Virus record (IMG/VR): IMGVR_UViG_3300047471_000189
Coordinates: 14,230-78,229 of that record
Source: a virus
DNA length: 64,000 bases
Direction: 5' to 3' (one strand)
In this document: positions 63,689 through 64,000 of the stretch, piece by piece
How positions within the stretch are numbered: the stretch's first letter is position 1
Layout: each line of letters opens with the position of its first letter
Program-made: the position numbers and the translations under genes
Notes under the pieces: generated by a model
What the model was told of the DNA's origin: nothing
Databases searched by the model: none
The model's input: the letters and a program-made list of their open reading frames with translations, nothing else

Positions 63689-63961
63689 CTAAACAGCCTC
63701 GATTGTGATCTTGATTTTTCCGATTGATGGAGGAACGGGGTGTCCGGGGCCGGTAGTGAAGTGCAGAGAAATAGGATAAGGAATACCTTGTGTCCAACTT
63801 CCATCTGCTTTTATTTCCCAAACTTCAGTGGTCTTTTCGTTGGAGTACAACGGGGACTTCTTGGAGGGCTTGGGAAAGGTACCAACCACACAGCTTTTCA
63901 CACGCAATTCGGCTGTGATTTTAGGTTCTGTCATTTTTGGTTTCCTTGGATTCCGGCTCAT
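63689..63961 (-). CDS. Hypothetical protein
   Basis: ORF in operon orientation. Confidence 0.5.
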   Translation of the reverse strand: MSRNPRKPKMTEPKITAELRVKSCVVGTFPKPSKKSPLYSNEKTTEVWEIKADGSWTQGIPYPISLHFTTGPGHPVPPSIGKIKITIEAV

Positions 63962-63978
63962 TGGCTCGGATCGAGATA

Positions 63979-63993
63979 GTCCATTATCCGGAC
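63979..63993. repeat. Dispersed 15-bp motif copy
   Basis: GTCCATTATCCGGAC just upstream of the 63961 start. Confidence 0.85.
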
Positions 63994-64000
63994 TAATATG

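Noticed and set aside
3032-63993. CRISPR array or insertion-sequence ends as the explanation of the 15-bp repeats
   Set aside because: Copies are usually kilobases apart, irregular and in both orientations, with no spacer periodicity, cas gene or transposase
1-64000. Prophage boundaries, integrase or host genes
   Set aside because: None recognised; the whole window appears to be phage, and lifestyle cannot be determined from it

Overview
64-kb internal segment of a dsDNA tailed phage with podovirus-like architecture: portal, terminase, major capsid protein, nozzle/adaptor and giant ejection proteins, with no tape measure, sheath or integrase in view. Bases 1-10.7 kb (+ strand) hold replication and nucleotide-metabolism genes: primase-helicase, beta-clamp, sigma factor, HNH and Endo VII nucleases, two phosphoesterases, a deoxyribosyltransferase-like protein and a dNTP diphosphohydrolase-like protein. 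These converge at a bidirectional terminator (~10.73 kb) with a ~53-kb minus-strand virion arm. The adhesin repeats suggest an Acidobacteriota-like host (inference). Most notable: (1) an RNA island at ~46.6-49.05 kb with a Ro60/TROVE gene, three Y-like RNAs (one a permuted-tRNA YrlA type), a KTSC protein, anti-Shine-Dalgarno-loop hairpins and a further ~183-nt structured RNA; (2) a 15-bp quasi-palindrome GTCCATTATYYGGAC found ~19 times, in intergenic gaps and inside genes in different frames; (3) five tail/adhesin-like genes with apparent Sec signal peptides all ending in GQ; (4) a 3286-aa polyvalent protein whose modules are separated by recurring L-x-[AS]-R linkers. All calls were made by eye from motifs; no database searches were run.
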